A stretch of DNA of 64,000 nt from Eledone cirrhosa (Eukaryota). The stretch covers positions 292,144,001 through 292,208,000 of the forward strand of contig OZ024741.1 in NCBI GenBank assembly GCA_964016885.1, written 5' to 3'. A model generated the notes under the pieces. The model was not told the origin of the DNA. It made no database searches and was given only the letters and a program-made list of their open reading frames with translations. A program made the position numbers and the translations under genes. Positions within the stretch are counted from its first letter, which is position 1. Each line of letters opens with the position of its first letter. Of this stretch, positions 25,460 to 39,918 are shown one piece after another.

Positions 25460-26631
25460 TTAATGATGATGATGATGTTGATGGTGACGTGGCGGTGATG
25501 GCGATGGTGGTTGTGGTGGTGGTGTTGATAGGGGTGATGGCGGTAATGGTGATGCTGATAACGATGCTGGTGATGGCGGTGATGGTGATGCTGATAGCGA
25601 TGGCGATGGTGATGATGGCGATGATGGTGGCGACGGCGATGGTGCTGGTGGTGTTGATAAGGGTGATGCCGGTGATGGTGATGCTAATAGCGATGCCAGT
25701 GATGGTGATGGTGATGATGGCGATGGTGGTGGTGGTGGTGGTGGTGATAGGGGTGATGGTGGCGATGGTGATGCTGATAGCGATGGCGTTCATGATGGCG
25801 ATGATGGCGGTGATAGCGATGGCGATGATGATTGATACCTGTGATTGTGATGCTGATGGTGATGGCGATGGTGGTGATGATGGTGGTGAAGGGGATGGTG
25901 GTGATGATGGTGATGATGGCGAAGATGGTGGTGGTGAAGGCGATGATGGTGATGATGGTGATGATGGCGAAGATGGTGATGATGGTGGTGGTGAAGGCGA
26001 TGGTGGTGATGATGGTGATGATGGCGATGATGGCGATGATGGTGGTGGTGAAGGCGATGGTGGTGATGGTGGTGGTGGTGAAGGCGATGGTGGTGATGAT
26101 GGTGATGATGGCGAAGATGGTGGTGGTGAAGGCGATGATGGTGATGATGGTGATGATGGTGATGATGGTGGTGGTGAAGGCGATGGTGGTGATGATGGTG
26201 ATGATGGCGATGATGGCGATGATGGTGGTGGTGAAGGCGATGGTGGTGATGGTGGTGAAGGCGATGGTGGTGATGATGGTGATGATGGCGAAGATGGTGG
26301 TGACGACGCTGGCGATGGTTAAGGCGATGATGATGATCGTGATAATATTTGATATCGCTGTTGATATATAAAACAGACGACTAAAATTATTGAGATGTGA
26401 CACCAATAAGTTGTTGTATGTGTGGTGGTAGTAGTAGTAACAGTAGTAGCGTTAGTAATTGTAGTAGTAATAGTAGTGGCAGTGGTGGTGGTGCTAGTAG
26501 TAGTAGTAGTAGTGGTGGTGGTGGAGGTGTTGGTGGTAGTAGTAGTGGTGGTATTGGTGGTGGTGGTGGTAGTAGTAGTAGTAGTAGTAATAGTAGTGGT
26601 GGTGGTGCTAGTAGTAGTAGTGGTGGTGGTG

Positions 26632-26663
<32 letters not shown>

Positions 26664-26780
26664 GGTAGTATTAGTATTAGTAGTAGTATTAGTAGTAGTA
26701 GTAGTAGTAGTAGTAGCGGTGGTAGTGGTAGTAGTAGTGGTGGTGGTGGTAGTAGTAATGGTGGTGGTGGTAGTAGTAGA
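25460..26780. repeat. Compound trinucleotide arrays (GAT/GGT/GGC then AGT/GGT)
   Basis: Direct inspection; higher-order unit GGTGAAGGCGATGGTGGTGATGAT in 25880-26300. Confidence 0.95.
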
Positions 26781-26798
26781 GTGATGGTTGGCGTAGTA

Positions 26799-27378
26799 CA
26801 GTGCTTGGATTACCTTCAAGCTAAATAAGCTATAGCTGAGGGCATCACAACCCCCTCGGCCCTCATTTTTAAAAAATATATATTTATTTCATCATTTTTA
26901 TTGTTCAAATCCCGCCGAAGTTAACTTTGCCTTTCATCCTTACGGGGTCGATAAAATAAACCACCAGTAATACACTGGGGTCGATTTAATCGACTTTCCC
27001 TTCTCCCCAAATTGCTGGCCTTGTGCCTAAAGTAGAAATCATTATGTATAATTATAGAGTGGTGGATTGGCAGTATCAGTAGAGGGTCAAACACCATGCT
27101 TTGCAGCATAGAGTTTCGCCTTTTTACGGTCTGAGTTCAAATCCCGCCGAAGTTAACTTTGCCTTTCATCATTACGGGGTCGATAAAATAAAGTACCAGT
27201 CACGCACTGGGGTAGATTTAATCGACCTTCCCCCTCTCCCAAAATTGCTGGCCTTGTGCCTATATAAGAAACCATTATTATGTATAATTATTTTTTTTAA
27301 ATGTTTATCAAATTTCTTTAGAGAAGGGCCTAATGTTTCATATAGCCTTGGGCCCCAGCAGCTGAAAGTCCGACCCTG
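26799..27378. mobile_element. hAT-type MITE containing two nested SINE A copies (26903-27045, 27058-27280)
   Basis: Ends CAGTGCTTGGA / TCCGACCCTG, imperfect 8-bp TSD GCGTAGTA / GGGTAATA; uninterrupted relative at 55529-55767. Confidence 0.75.
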
Positions 27379-27444
27379 GGGTAATAGTAGTTGTATTACT
27401 AGTAGTAGTGGTGGTGCTATAGTTTAAATGTCGACATATTTTCT

Positions 27445-27960
27445 ATGCAGTAGTGTAGTGCAATGTAATATGGTATATGTCATCTGTTTGTGTAGTGCAG
27501 TTTAGTACAATGTGGTGTATATAAGCGTAGTGTAAGTGTAGTGTTATGTAAGTGTTATAAACATAGTGCAGTGTCATGTAGCTGTTGTTTAAATCACAAC
27601 TTAACGTGGTTAAACAATGTAATATGGTACAGTGTAGTGTAGTTTACTACAATGTGGTGATTACAAGTGTAGTTTAGTGATAATGTATCGATAGTTGAAA
27701 TCACAATTTAATGTGATTAAACAATATAGTATGGTAGTGTAGTGGAGTGTGGTTTATTACAATGTGGTGTATGTAGGTATTGTGTAAGTGGTTTGATGTG
27801 TAAGTGTAGTGATGTGTATGTATTGTTGAAATCCCAATTTAATGTGATTAAACAATGTATTATGGTTAAGTGTAATGTAGAGTTTTGTAAGTGTAGGTTA
27901 CCGTAGTATAGTTTCATGTATTTGTTGTTGAAATCACAATTTAATGTGATTAAACAATTT
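27445..27960. repeat. Four degenerate ~110-130 bp tandem units
   Basis: GTTGAAATCACAATTTAATGTGATTAAACAAT-like motif recurs four times among GTGTA repeats. Confidence 0.8.
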
Positions 27961-28334
27961 AAGGTTAGTAAACTGTCTCATCGTTAATTGCTAAATGTGT
28001 CGTCAAATTAAGCAACATTTGATGAGATCTAAAATAAAATTGGTTGTCAAGTATGTTTGAGATGTAACAACACTGCATGCAATTAAGCACGTGAGTGGTG
28101 ACACATCAAATATTTAATTGTATATTTACTAAATGTTATTTTTAAAAACTTTTGCCAAAGTGAAAAGTTTAGAAATCTCTATGTTAGGTAAGGATTTGAA
28201 AATTTCTCAACTGTTTCTAATATGTTGAACGTTCATCTGCGCAGAGGGAGATTTGGTTGGCATGTATAATATGTTGAGTGACAGCTTAGACACGACTCTC
28301 CTGTTGTATTGATGATGGCTTTTAAAAAAATCTT

Positions 28335-29010
28335 GTTATTTCAACCCCATGTAAGCTTTGATCCAGCAAACCTATGATCAGAAACCTTCTTGTCGTGATC
28401 ACCTGTTTTCTTTACAGTAAGACTGTATCTCGGACTTTCCCATTTTTTTGTACAGGGTAGTACGGTTTGAGAGAGATATGACTACTATTTCCACCAAATC
28501 AAGCGCTTAGTGATACGTGATGTGTTTAGCTCTAGGTCAGTCTTGATCTAACAGTCACCATCCAGTCTTACGTCTTTGGACTTAGTGAACCTTGGACTGC
28601 ATGTACAATTGGTCCTCCCTAATCTATAAGATGTATGTAATTTGAGAGAGATTTGGATAGTATTTCTAGCTGGTGGTGATGCTAAGAATGGCTGTTTGTG
28701 GAGATGTTATTGCGGTTACGGTTTAGCTGTAAGTCAGTCCTAACCCATCAGTATAACCCTTGCATTTCAACCACGAAAATCCAGTTTGTTTTCAGATGTG
28801 GTATATCTACGGCTACATTCTCCAATGTAGCCTTCGTTTTGCAAATCGGTTATGAGAAATTTAAGGGAGATTTCGCTGCTGTTTCTTACAGATCAAGCGA
28901 AATCATAGAGGCAACCAGGTTGACTTGTTGGTGTTGAAGTTTATCAAGTCTTAGGTGAACTCTGAATGAGCTGATCTATGTTGAAAGACATTCCAGCTGT
29001 GACCATTCCT
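28335..29010 (+). repeat. Second cluster of the 20965-21910 repeat family
   Basis: Same motifs: TTGATCCAGCAAACCTATGATCA, GAGAGATTTGG..TATTTCTAGC, GACATTCCAGCTGTGACC. Confidence 0.6.
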
Positions 29011-29439
29011 TCTTTACGTTGGACGTTTTGGTGACGGTATTGTTGGTTGATGCGATGATTTTATTTGTTATTGTGGTGGTGGTGGTGGTGGTGGTGATGA
29101 TGGTGATGATGGTTGGGGTAATGTTAATGGTTATTGTATTGATCATGGTTGTGGTGGAGATGATTGTTGTTGTGATGGCCTTAGAGGTGATGATGCTTGT
29201 TGTGACGGTTTTAATGGAGATGATTGTTGTGGAGGTAATGATGGTTGTGGTTATGTTAGTGTTGATGGTTGTGGTGGTGACATTCATATGTATGATGGCT
29301 GTGGTTGTGATTGTAGTGCTAGTAGTGCTACTGATAGTGTTGGTAACGTTGGTCATGTTAATACTTATGGTTGGTGCCAGTGACAACTGGATCTTACTGG
29401 TGGTATATGTCATGTGTCTATTTGACTGTCTATTTATAT

Positions 29440-29792
29440 GGAAGAAGAATTAGGATGGAGAGAGAGGTGCTGTACCCCAGCAAGTTTTATTAAAGGTGGG
29501 TGAAAGTGGCGAGAATGGCCCGAGTTAATGAGCCTTCTCTCTATATCAGCCTGTCGGTTGAAGAAAAAGAGGAAGAGGGGAAAGGGGTACAAACTCTTCG
29601 TACTCCTAGAGATGAGGGTTGCACATTTTTTCGGGGGTATGTGTTACCCATATGAAATGTCTCCCCTATTGGGGAAAATCGATTAACTTTTAAATTGCAT
29701 TTGTGATAATATTTTACACGTTTTTATTGTATATAAACTTCCCCCTTTGTATTTGTCCCCTTCTTTTGTGCCCCTGTGGCTAATAAAGAAAC
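29440..29792 (+). mobile_element. Tx1/L1-like LINE 3' end
   Basis: Translates RRIRMEREVLYPSKFY*RWVKVARMARVN (ER..F..RW tail of L1/Tx1-group ORF2), then a T-rich UTR and AATAAA. Confidence 0.55.
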
Positions 29793-30498
29793 ATATCTAT
29801 ATATAGATAGACAGTTATTTGTTATTTATTTAATCATTTTACGTCCATATAGAGCTAGTAAGCGATGACATTCTAGGGGAAGTATTTAGTACTTCTTACA
29901 GTTGAGAAACAAAATAAATAGAGAGAAAGCGAGAGAGGACATGGCCTCAGCCGGATGGCTGGAACAGGTAAAAGAGTAAAAGAGAGAGATAAATGAATAT
30001 AAAAATAAAGATAAAAATAAAATAAAATAAAATAAAAGATTTAATTAGGGAAGGCCAATGGGGGCAAAATACGCCTACAAGAAGGTAAAGAAAAAAGTGA
30101 AGCAAGGGAAGCTGTAAAGCAGCTAGGAGGTTCTGCTGTTGAATCATTTCTTAACCTCCGTGTACGCAAAGAATTTGTTTATAGTTTGTAGATCTGCAAT
30201 CTTGGTAGTTTGTATGTCGTTCACTCAGAGCATTCAGTATAGAAACTCGTTTATCAAAGGTCGTTGCAAGTTTCCGATATTTTGTTGTTGATGATATTGT
30301 TGTTGTTGTTGGTGTTGGTGGTGGGGGCCGTAAGACTTCCATTCACAACTACATTTACTTCCTTTTGCTCTTTCTTCGGTTCTTTTATGCGATGAAAAAG
30401 CTCTCCCCTCGCTCTAAGTATTCATCCATCTACACACACACACTTTCTCTCACTTTAGCTCTTTCACATACTCCCACACTCACACACACACACACACA

Positions 30499-30530
<32 letters not shown>

Positions 30531-31859
30531 TACACATACAAGTTCGCGCACATGTCTACAATACAATACAAATGTCTCATAAATCTGTCAGATTTTAAAT
30601 CTAAATTAATGATTAAAATGGTGCTTTACCGATGGGACAAATCGTTTATATGTTTTACTTTCCTCTGAGCTTTCTCTCACATATCTCAGCCATGTCTATG
30701 ATGAAGTACTTTCGAACCACTGTCGTATTTGTGAATCCTTACTCTGCTGTACATGTTATATTCAATTCTATACAAATAGGACATAGTGAATCTGGCTATT
30801 AATTCACGACATCCAATATATGCAGGAAACATTATACACTCACTGTACACTACTATTCTCCCATATTCTAGGCTCTTCCTTTAATGCACCTACTCCATAT
30901 TGCCTTCCCAAGCATTCCTAACTCAACAATCAGGACTTTATTTTTGTCAAGTCCGACCATGTCATAATGTTAGAGCGATGCTTCCTTATTTCAATATGGT
31001 TTCGGAACACGATCCCTTCCATAGAATCTATCTGCAGCTTCTAGTCCACTGCCGGATTAGATTAGAGTGGGTGTATCATACAATATAAATGGTCTCTGAT
31101 TTTTGCTGTTTTTTTTTGTTGTTGTTTTAATATGACACAAAGGTTAAAGACAGTATAGTACTATAGTCTAAATTACATAAAGCGTGCTGCCAGAATTTGC
31201 GAGGCCCTTATCAAATATTGCACACGCTATTAGGTTCAGCACTGTTCTAGTTATTAGTACCATTCAGAGATCTGGGGTGTCATCTATGCTTTATTTACGC
31301 TTTTGCGTGTTGAAAACAACAAGGTGCAACTAGGTGATGATTTTCTGAGTATTGTCGTTGTTATATTGTTGATCTTTTACACCAGCAATGACATTCAGGC
31401 ATAGGTTCAGCAAGAGGGGTTGCCCTTGTTCCCAATGTGAAGGGACGTAAAGTATTCTCTGATACACAATACCTGTTGATTAAAGTAAAGGTTCGGAAGA
31501 TATGTTTCCCCACTCCCTTCTCTGGCATTGAGAGTCATTGCTACAGCACTGCATCCAGGTCTTGATTATGCTGCCAGACATACTATGCAAGGGATGGGGG
31601 TACATGCAGCAGATGACAATTAGCAATGACACTCACTCTCCTACGGTTATAAGCACATGATACCCCGCTTTCAGAAGAAATCATAAACTGACTGGTTTAG
31701 TTTTCCACAAGATGGTTCACAATAGCTTCCTTTACTCAGCTTCTTCCCTTGCTGGTCAGGCCCATTGGCTTTCCAGCCATATTGCTTTTGTGTACTCTTC
31801 TCGGTTTTAATATAATGAATTTCTTCATCAAAATATCTTGTCTGGCTTTGTAATTCTAT

Positions 31860-31960
31860 CGGTATGCCTATTTTCTGTCTCCATGTCCGTCCCAGCCTAC
31901 CCCGTGTGTTGCGTACCATACATTGGAACTCTAAGAGACAGTTTTAAAACGGTACATCAG
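31860..31960 (-). pseudogene. Degenerate RTE-type ORF tail
   Basis: RNTRGRLGRTWRQKI resembles the R.RGRP..TW motif. Confidence 0.35.
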
Positions 31961-32711
31961 TCTGAGGCTTGGGGAACCAAGGAGTGGCATATGAATATCT
32001 AACGCCATTCCATTCCTAAAAACAACTGATAAAAACTCACATTTCCCCTCCTTTTACATTATTATACAAATGAGGGACTAATGTTCTTACTAAATTAGAG
32101 CAAAAAGAATCCACTGCACGTAAATTTGGAGGGTTCTTTAATACAGTTTTTCAGTATTTTTCTTTTTCCTTTCTAGCTTTCTTCTTTTTCCTTTATATGC
32201 CGCCATCTTTTATTTCATAGCTTTATTGAGTGGGGGGAAGGGTGAAAAGGGCTTTTTTGTGTGGTTTATTATATTTATTTAATATCTTTAAAGCCCTACC
32301 AATTGGTATTCAGTAGTTCTGTGTTTTAATTAGGTTAAAAAAATATTTCTCTAGCTCTAGTAATAACGGCGTCCTGCTATTGTAATGTTTCAGTTTCATA
32401 TAATCTGATTAACAGCCCCTCATAATGGGAAATTAGAATACTAATAATGGCAGATAGTATAACACAAATTTAGTTCGTATGGTTTAATGTGAAATAATAA
32501 TAACGTAGTATGCAAATATTGTGACTGTGCACTAATAAACGTGTGTAAAACAGTTCAAAATGACGATGAGAAATCGGGAGAAGAGAAAGAATGCTAATAG
32601 TTATGCTAAGACAAATCTAAGTTCAAGTTCGTTAGACATCCACGGATGCAAATCTTTGGATACATCAAATTGCATCCTGGAGTCACTAGGTTTTTCGGCT
32701 CTTACAACATA

Positions 32712-32912
32712 TGAAGGTCGGCTGAAGAATTCATAGGCGGACCGAGATACTTTCATGAAATGACAAAATGAGGTTTATTTTTCAGCATAGCACCTGGAAA
32801 AAAAAAACAATGCGGTTATTGATAAGAAGAATTGAAATTAATGCATGCAAGATTTCACATCCATAGCATCACTCCTTCACAGTTAGCTTTAAAAATATTC
32901 AGCCCACCCTCA
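32712..32912. mobile_element. Mariner-type MITE
   Basis: TA-TGAAGGTCGGCTGAAGAATT ... AATATTCAGCCCACCCTCA-TA imperfect TIRs. Confidence 0.65.
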
Positions 32913-33451
32913 TACACATTCATCCAGGTGATCCAGGTTTCAGAAAATCGATTATATCGACCCTGAAAAGATGAAAGACAAAGTTGACAACGGCGTGATT
33001 TGAACTCACAACATTAAGAGCCGTAACTAAACACCGCAAAACATTTTCTCCGACGCTCTAACGATTTTGTCAATCCCCCGCTCACAGATATACTGACTCT
33101 ACCGCAAATGTTATTGCAGGTTTAAATGCATGTTTAAATGCAGTTATGTGGTTGTAAGAACATTCTGATTTCTTTTGAAAATAACCCACATCTGAAAGTA
33201 AGATAGAAAAAATCGAAAGAACAAACACCCTAATATCCTAATTATTTTAATGATAAAGATTTTTCAACAGAAATGTAACGTCTATAGTCAGTCAACATAC
33301 TGATTATAAAATGGTATACCTGTTATATATTAGAGGGTAAGTTTTGGAAAATCAGAACGGAAACCTTTAGAATTGTTAAATTCATTGACTAAAAAGGCAT
33401 GGAAGATGTTTGCAAATGTGTTAATTTGAAAATATTATTCACAATTCCAAG

Positions 33452-33665
33452 GGTGGTGGATTGGCAGTATCTGTAGAGAGTCGGACACCATGCTTTGAAG
33501 CATAGAGTTACAGTCCTTTACGGTCTGATTTCAAATCCCGCCGAGGTTAACTTTGCCTTTTATCCTTATGGGGTTGATAAAATAAAGTACCAGTAACGTA
33601 CTGGGGTCGATTATATCGACTTGCCCCAAGAAAAAATGACTGGTCATGTGTCTATACTAGAAATC
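33452..33665 (+). mobile_element. SINE family A, full length, 16-bp TSD
   Basis: ATTATTCACAATTCCA on both sides; GGTGGATTGGCAGTATC head. Confidence 0.9.
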
Positions 33666-33801
33666 ATTATTCACAATTCCAGCTACAATAGCATTATCAG
33701 ATAAATCATTTAGCAACAATAAAACATATTAAAAGGTTTTTTAAGGCCTTTCATATCTCAAAGCCAGCTTCTTGATTTAGCAAGAATGACTGGAATGAAT
33801 T

Positions 33802-34622
33802 TCTGTCAGTTTCGCCGAGGTGTGTTCCAGTTGTTCGAAAATCAGAACAGCATACTCATGAAATTAACGAGTAGATGGCTGAGCATTCCACAGAAACGTG
33901 TATTCTTAATGTAATTCTCAATGAGATTCAGTATGACAGTGTGTGAGATAACTGGCTCTCATAATTACTGGTACTCTCCATCTGATGGGCTTCCAAACAG
34001 TTTTCAACTACCCAATTTCACTCACAAGGCATGAGTCGACCCGAAGCTACAATAAATGACGCTTGCTCAAGATGTCACGCATTAGGATCGAACCCGGGAC
34101 CTAATGGTTGTGAAGTACACTTATTAAACTTCCGGCAATACTGCGTCTACAGCAAGACTGAGTGTCGAATCAAACATCGCCAGAGAAATTGATTTTAATA
34201 GTCTTATTAGAAATTTTGAAGATAAAAAAAAGACAGAAAAACCCATTTCATTAACTGATAAGGCTTATCATCGGTTTGTACAAAATATATTGTTATCTGG
34301 TTCTTCTGTTGCACAGGAAATAAAGCATTTACAATAGTTTACCAATTGCCGTATTTAAATAGCCTGAGATTAATCATCGTGTTCAGTCGTGCTTTCATAG
34401 TGATACACAAAATGATATCTACTTTGTTCGTATTTTATCCTAACTTTAAAGAAAGGAAAAGCAAACCTTTCGTGTTATGACGTCATCTATGTTGAACAAA
34501 ACTAAAGCAAGATTTTCAGGTTCATTTGCATCCTAAATTCTTTATGTTAAGAGAGTTCTCAACCACATGCACAAACGGGGCCGAAAAGCAGTCTTGTTTT
34601 GCAAAATGTTTCGAGGAGGCCA
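33802..34622 (+). pseudogene. hAT transposase C-terminal (dimerization domain) remnant, interrupted by a SINE
   Basis: SVSFAEVCSSCSKIR (33802) and ARLSVESNIAREIDFNSLIRNFEDKK (34152) match S...AERSFS.LK.I and LSIE..IA..IDF..II..FA..K. Confidence 0.65.
33869..34148 (-). mobile_element. SINE family C (related copy 56868-57015)
   Basis: Shared AATTTCACTC.CAAG.CAT..TC.ACCCG.AGCTA..GAC.CTTGC.CAA.ATG; B-box GGTTCGATCC on the minus strand. Confidence 0.7.
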
Positions 34623-34829
34623 CAATTGTTATTGTTTAGTTGTAATTAGCCCTAGAATGTTAGTGTTTAATTTCATTTAGCCTTAGATTGTTCGTGTTTA
34701 GCTTTGTTTAGTCATTATTTAGTAGACTTATAATGAAGGTGTTCATTTAGGCATACATAGTATATCTCCACTTCGATTTTAAACCCTCAATTTTGGGATA
34801 ACCGCCACCATTATCACACGCACACACGT

Positions 34830-34901
<72 letters not shown>

Positions 34902-35504
34902 CAAGGTCTTGAAAAAAGACCTGTTCTGCCCTGCAAGTTTCCTCTCCTGATTCTCGCTACACCTATGACAACTTTCGTTTCCAGACTGGTTTCTCTCCCC
35001 GTAACAAATTTTCTCACGGTCCATATCCTTCAATCAACACCTGTGACAATTGGCTCAACCAAATCCCGTAGTATCATAAGATAGCTAGATTTCGATATCT
35101 TGAACTATGACAACATCCACGATATTAATGACACCTAGAGATTTGCAGTCACGCTATATAGCCGAACCAAATTCTTGTAAAACATGGTGAGATCCAAGCC
35201 ATTCTAATAAAGAATTTGCGAGCACATTTTCCATTCTCTCCACTCTTGTTAAGCTCCACCACAGCTGACCTCTTCGTCCGCACATCCACCACCTTCACCA
35301 TTTACTTCCTTCTTTATTCTTCCAGCCAGTCCCCCAATCATTCCTTCATATAGAAGCAATTGCTCGTTCATTCATTCATTTAAATACTTGGTCTTTCCTT
35401 GCTTCATTCAGTATTTTTTCCTTCTTTCCTTCATTCTATTAATCTTTCGTTTATATACTAGATCTTACAATCCTTCACTTAAATTATTCTAATCATTCAT
35501 TATT

Positions 35505-35712
35505 CAGTATCAGTAGAGGATCGGACGCCATGGTTTGCAGCATAGAGTTACGACCCTTTACGATCTGAGTTCAAATCCCGCTGAGGTTAACTTTGCCTTT
35601 CATCCTAACGGGGTCGATAAAATAAAGTACCAGTGACGCACTGGGGTCGATTCAATCGACTTTCCCCTCCTCTCAAATTGCTGGCTTTGTACCTATATAA
35701 GAAACCATTATT
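35505..35712 (+). mobile_element. SINE family A (long subtype)
   Basis: Consensus body; AATCATTCATT on both sides. Confidence 0.9.
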
Positions 35713-36019
35713 TCAATCATTCATTCCTTAATTTAATTAATTACTTATCCATTTAATTGTTTATGTACAAGATACTTCATTCCTTCAATCATGATCCTAC
35801 ATTCTTTCATTCATTCAATTCTCATTCCATCCTAGCACGACTTTACTGTATCTGTCTCGTTCCTTCGTATCTCTATTTTATCCGAACTCGTTCCTTCCTG
35901 TCAACCCTTTCTAGTATATATCTCTTTCATTGTCCCCTTCCTTCAACTCCTTCTTTCCTTTTCTATTTTTTTCTTTACTTTTCAGTTTTTTTCCTTCTAT
36001 TTTATTTCCAGTATATTTT

Positions 36020-36469
<450 letters not shown>

Positions 36470-36847
36470 TTTCAAACATCCCACTCCACAGTCCTCCTTT
36501 TCCCCGCGTTTACCTCTACATTTCCGTCTCATGACATTTTACATCAATTCTACATGTACCAGGCTCTGGATAATATTTATTAAAGTTTGGAACATCACAC
36601 ACACACACACGCGCGCGCGCGCGTACATACACACATGCACACAGGCGCGCACACACACACAGATGTATGTATATTATATACATAGAAATGTATGTATATT
36701 ATATATATATATAATACAATAATACATATACGCGTATATGTCTATGCATATATATATATATAATACAATACATATATATATATATACATATACGTATACA
36801 CACACACATACACACACACACACATATATATATGTATATATATATGC

Positions 36848-36878
<31 letters not shown>

Positions 36879-36935
36879 CATGTATATGTATATGCATATA
36901 TATACATATATATACATATGTATGTGTATCTGTAT

Positions 36936-37022
<87 letters not shown>

Positions 37023-37036
37023 CATGTATATACATG

Positions 37037-37094
<58 letters not shown>

Positions 37095-37299
37095 TCTTAT
37101 TGTTTTTGTTATAGTTATTAATGACGTTTTTGGCTTTTAACAGACGCGAAGTCTCACCTCTGTGATAGACAGGAAGACAAACATACAAACAGTCGAACAG
37201 AAGACAAAAAAGGTGAAGATATAAATGGACATACAAACATACTGCCTGCCCGTTTGGCGGGCTGGTACACAGACAGATGAATCTAGGGATAGTGACTAA

Positions 37300-37379
<80 letters not shown>

Positions 37380-37397
37380 CAGTGCGCGCGTGTGTGT

Positions 37398-37600
37398 GTA
37401 AAACGTGAACAGAAATAACAAAGAAAACGACACAGTACACTGACGAAATATATTAATTTAACGCTTGAAATAGCAGGAAACGACTCTTAACGTTTCGGAG
37501 ACCAGTCTTTTTTCAGAAGATAAAGTCAGAAATAAAAGACAAAATCGAAAGATGAAGAGTGAGAAGAGGAAGGAGCGTTATCAGGGAGCCATTTTGGAGA
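37398..37600 (-). mobile_element. Family K element with minimal hammerhead (degenerate core)
   Basis: Minus strand TCTT CTGAAAA AAGAC-tggt-CTCC GAAAC GTT AAGA at 37485-37520. Confidence 0.75.
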
Positions 37601-37603
37601 TTT

Positions 37604-37640
<37 letters not shown>

Positions 37641-37644
<4 letters not shown>

Positions 37645-37905
37645 CGTTTCTGAATTTGTTTAGCAAGATTCTTTATCTGAAAACGTGTGTTGATACCGAT
37701 ATTGTTATACTTTGGGAGGGTCATGTTGCCAATAAGAAACACACGCATCTGTTGTGTCACTTCAATTTATTATAAATTAAATTTATAAATTTAGGAATTT
37801 ATAAATTTCCGGTTGGTTGGTTGGTTCCACAACCAGATGGTTGTTCATATATTGTCAAAGTTCTTTTTCGTCACACATTCTGTGACCTCTTCAGTGACTG
37901 GGGAG
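37641..37905 (-). mobile_element. Family B element with hammerhead at 37854-37898
   Basis: Minus strand GTCA CTGAAGA G GTCACA-gaatg-TGTGAC GAAA(AA)G AA CTT TGAC; the rest matches 7557-7780. Confidence 0.8.
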
Positions 37906-38121
37906 AGGCACAAAAACAAAGGAAGGGCACAAAAACAAAGAAAAGAATCCTCATATATAAAAAAAACCTCACTTTCTAATATATATATTAGAAAGTGAGG
38001 TTTTTTTTACAAAATGAAAAATAACCGTGGTGTCCTACACGGGTGAAAGTATAAGGAAAAAGGATTAAATCGAAAATACAACCGGAGTCTTTTTTTATTT
38101 AAATATATATTTATTTGGTTC

Positions 38122-38157
38122 CTTTACCGGTTTCGCAGTTCTTCTGCTTTTCAAAAG
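38122..38157 (-). ncRNA. Minimal hammerhead with U3-A8 variant core (family F)
   Basis: CTT TTGAAAA GCAG-aagaa-CTGC GAAA CCGG TA AAG; host repeat ~38020-38200, relative at ~46600-46755. Confidence 0.7.
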
Positions 38158-39156
38158 TAGAATTGAGATGGAGGGTCTGTGGTTTTTCTCACATCTGTTA
38201 TATATTATATATTATATATATATTATATATTATATATACATATATTATATATATATATTATATATATATATATTATATATTATATATATATATATTATAT
38301 TATATATATATATTATATATTATATACATATGTAGTGCGCTAGCAACCGAAGTGTATAAGGTTATATTTGTTTACACACACAGTGGGAAACCGAGACAGC
38401 ACCAATGTGTATATATAAATATACACAGTATTTTTAATATGTAGGCATGTAAACATGCCAGAACAATGGAATTTCCCAGTAAATTGAAAAAAACCATAAA
38501 CTTCTTTAATAGATTATCTGGCGTAGTTGCGCCTTCATTAAAAAGCTTTTATATCTTAAAAACAACTCCTACAAAACACGAATTTGATGGGATTATATAT
38601 ATCCAGTCAAACTTTGTATCATTCCGAGATGGAAGCTCTAATTTGCTTTAGCGTTCGTGTTGGTAGTTAATCAAGATCTATAATAAATGCGGAGCTATGA
38701 TTTCAAATGGGTTTGGATTCCTATCACTCTCTAAGGCATTTTATCATAGCATTACTAATAGAGGTAGAATAATAAAGATCTTATTAGTTTTACGATCGTT
38801 GGAAAAGGAAAAAAAATGTCTCAACACATCGGAGGTTAGTCCTTCATCAAGAAACAACAAAGTTCTGAGAAAGAGGAAGTTGGATGGCTGGAGGGAAAAT
38901 CTCATATATATACATATATATATATTTGCAAGCAGGGAAAAGTGGACGTAAAATGAAATGAAAATGATGATATATATATATGTATGTGTGTGTGTGTCTG
39001 TGTATGTGTGTGTGTGTGTGTGTGTGTATATTAAGACCAGTTATACAACGGGCATGTACGTGCGCTTCGTTAGCCTTGAGGACCATCTTGTTCAACCTGT
39101 GTTGGTGAAACTTACCTACTATATATATGTGTGTGTGTGTGTGCGTGTGTGTGTGC

Positions 39157-39230
<74 letters not shown>

Positions 39231-39790
39231 ATACATGAGTTTCGCCTCCGAACAATTCCAAGTAATTTCCATTTGAGACATTGAAACACAGTTACATTGC
39301 ATTGGTGTGCTTGGATTTTCTGTCCTAGGAAATAATGTTTCTTATGTATTTTTACCCGTTGAATCCAATGAGTGTCCGAATTTCTCCGCCAACCAACGAA
39401 TTACATATGCCTTCCCAACGAAAATGATTGTTCATGCTATTATATATATTGTTCTTATTGTTCTAGTTTCTCTTTAAGTAGTTGTAATTGGTAAAATTCC
39501 TATTTTTGGTATTGTTGCTACTACTACTACATATTCTGTCACATGTCAAATATATATGTATAGCAACAACAACAATATCATTAATAACAACCATAACAAC
39601 AATATCTTCAGCAAAAACAAAAACGACATCAGTATTAACAACAGCAACAATAAGCACAACAACAGTAAGTACAATAGCAGTAGCAATAATAACAACGAAA
39701 TCATCAACAACAACATGATATATAACCAAAAAGCCGTCATTTGAATGTTGTCTGAGAAAGCCATTTCTATTGATTAGGATAATCCTTAAG

Positions 39791-39918
39791 TTCTTCTTCT
39801 TCTTCTTCTTCTTCTTCTTCTTCTTCTTCTTCTTCTTCTTCTTCTTCTTCTTCTTCTTCTTCTTCTTCTTCTTCTTCTTCTTCTTCTTCTTCTTCTTCTT
39901 CTTCTTCTTCTTCTTCTT
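39791..39918. repeat. Pure (TTC)n microsatellite
   Basis: About 42 uninterrupted TTC units. Confidence 0.98.

Noticed and set aside
25399-26322. 307-aa Asp/Gly-rich ORF resembling an acidic matrix protein
   Set aside because: Starts inside a SINE and runs through a GAT/GGT triplet array that is open in several frames on both strands.
30650-31080. Possible decayed RTE reverse-transcriptase tail on the minus strand
   Set aside because: Only a weak TWLRYVR resemblance amid many stops; cannot be supported without a profile search.
37959-38008. Short palindrome AAAAAAACCTCACTTTCTAATATATATATTAGAAAGTGAGGTTTTTTT as a terminator
   Set aside because: Eukaryotic context, between two repeat fragments; most likely another small fold-back junction.
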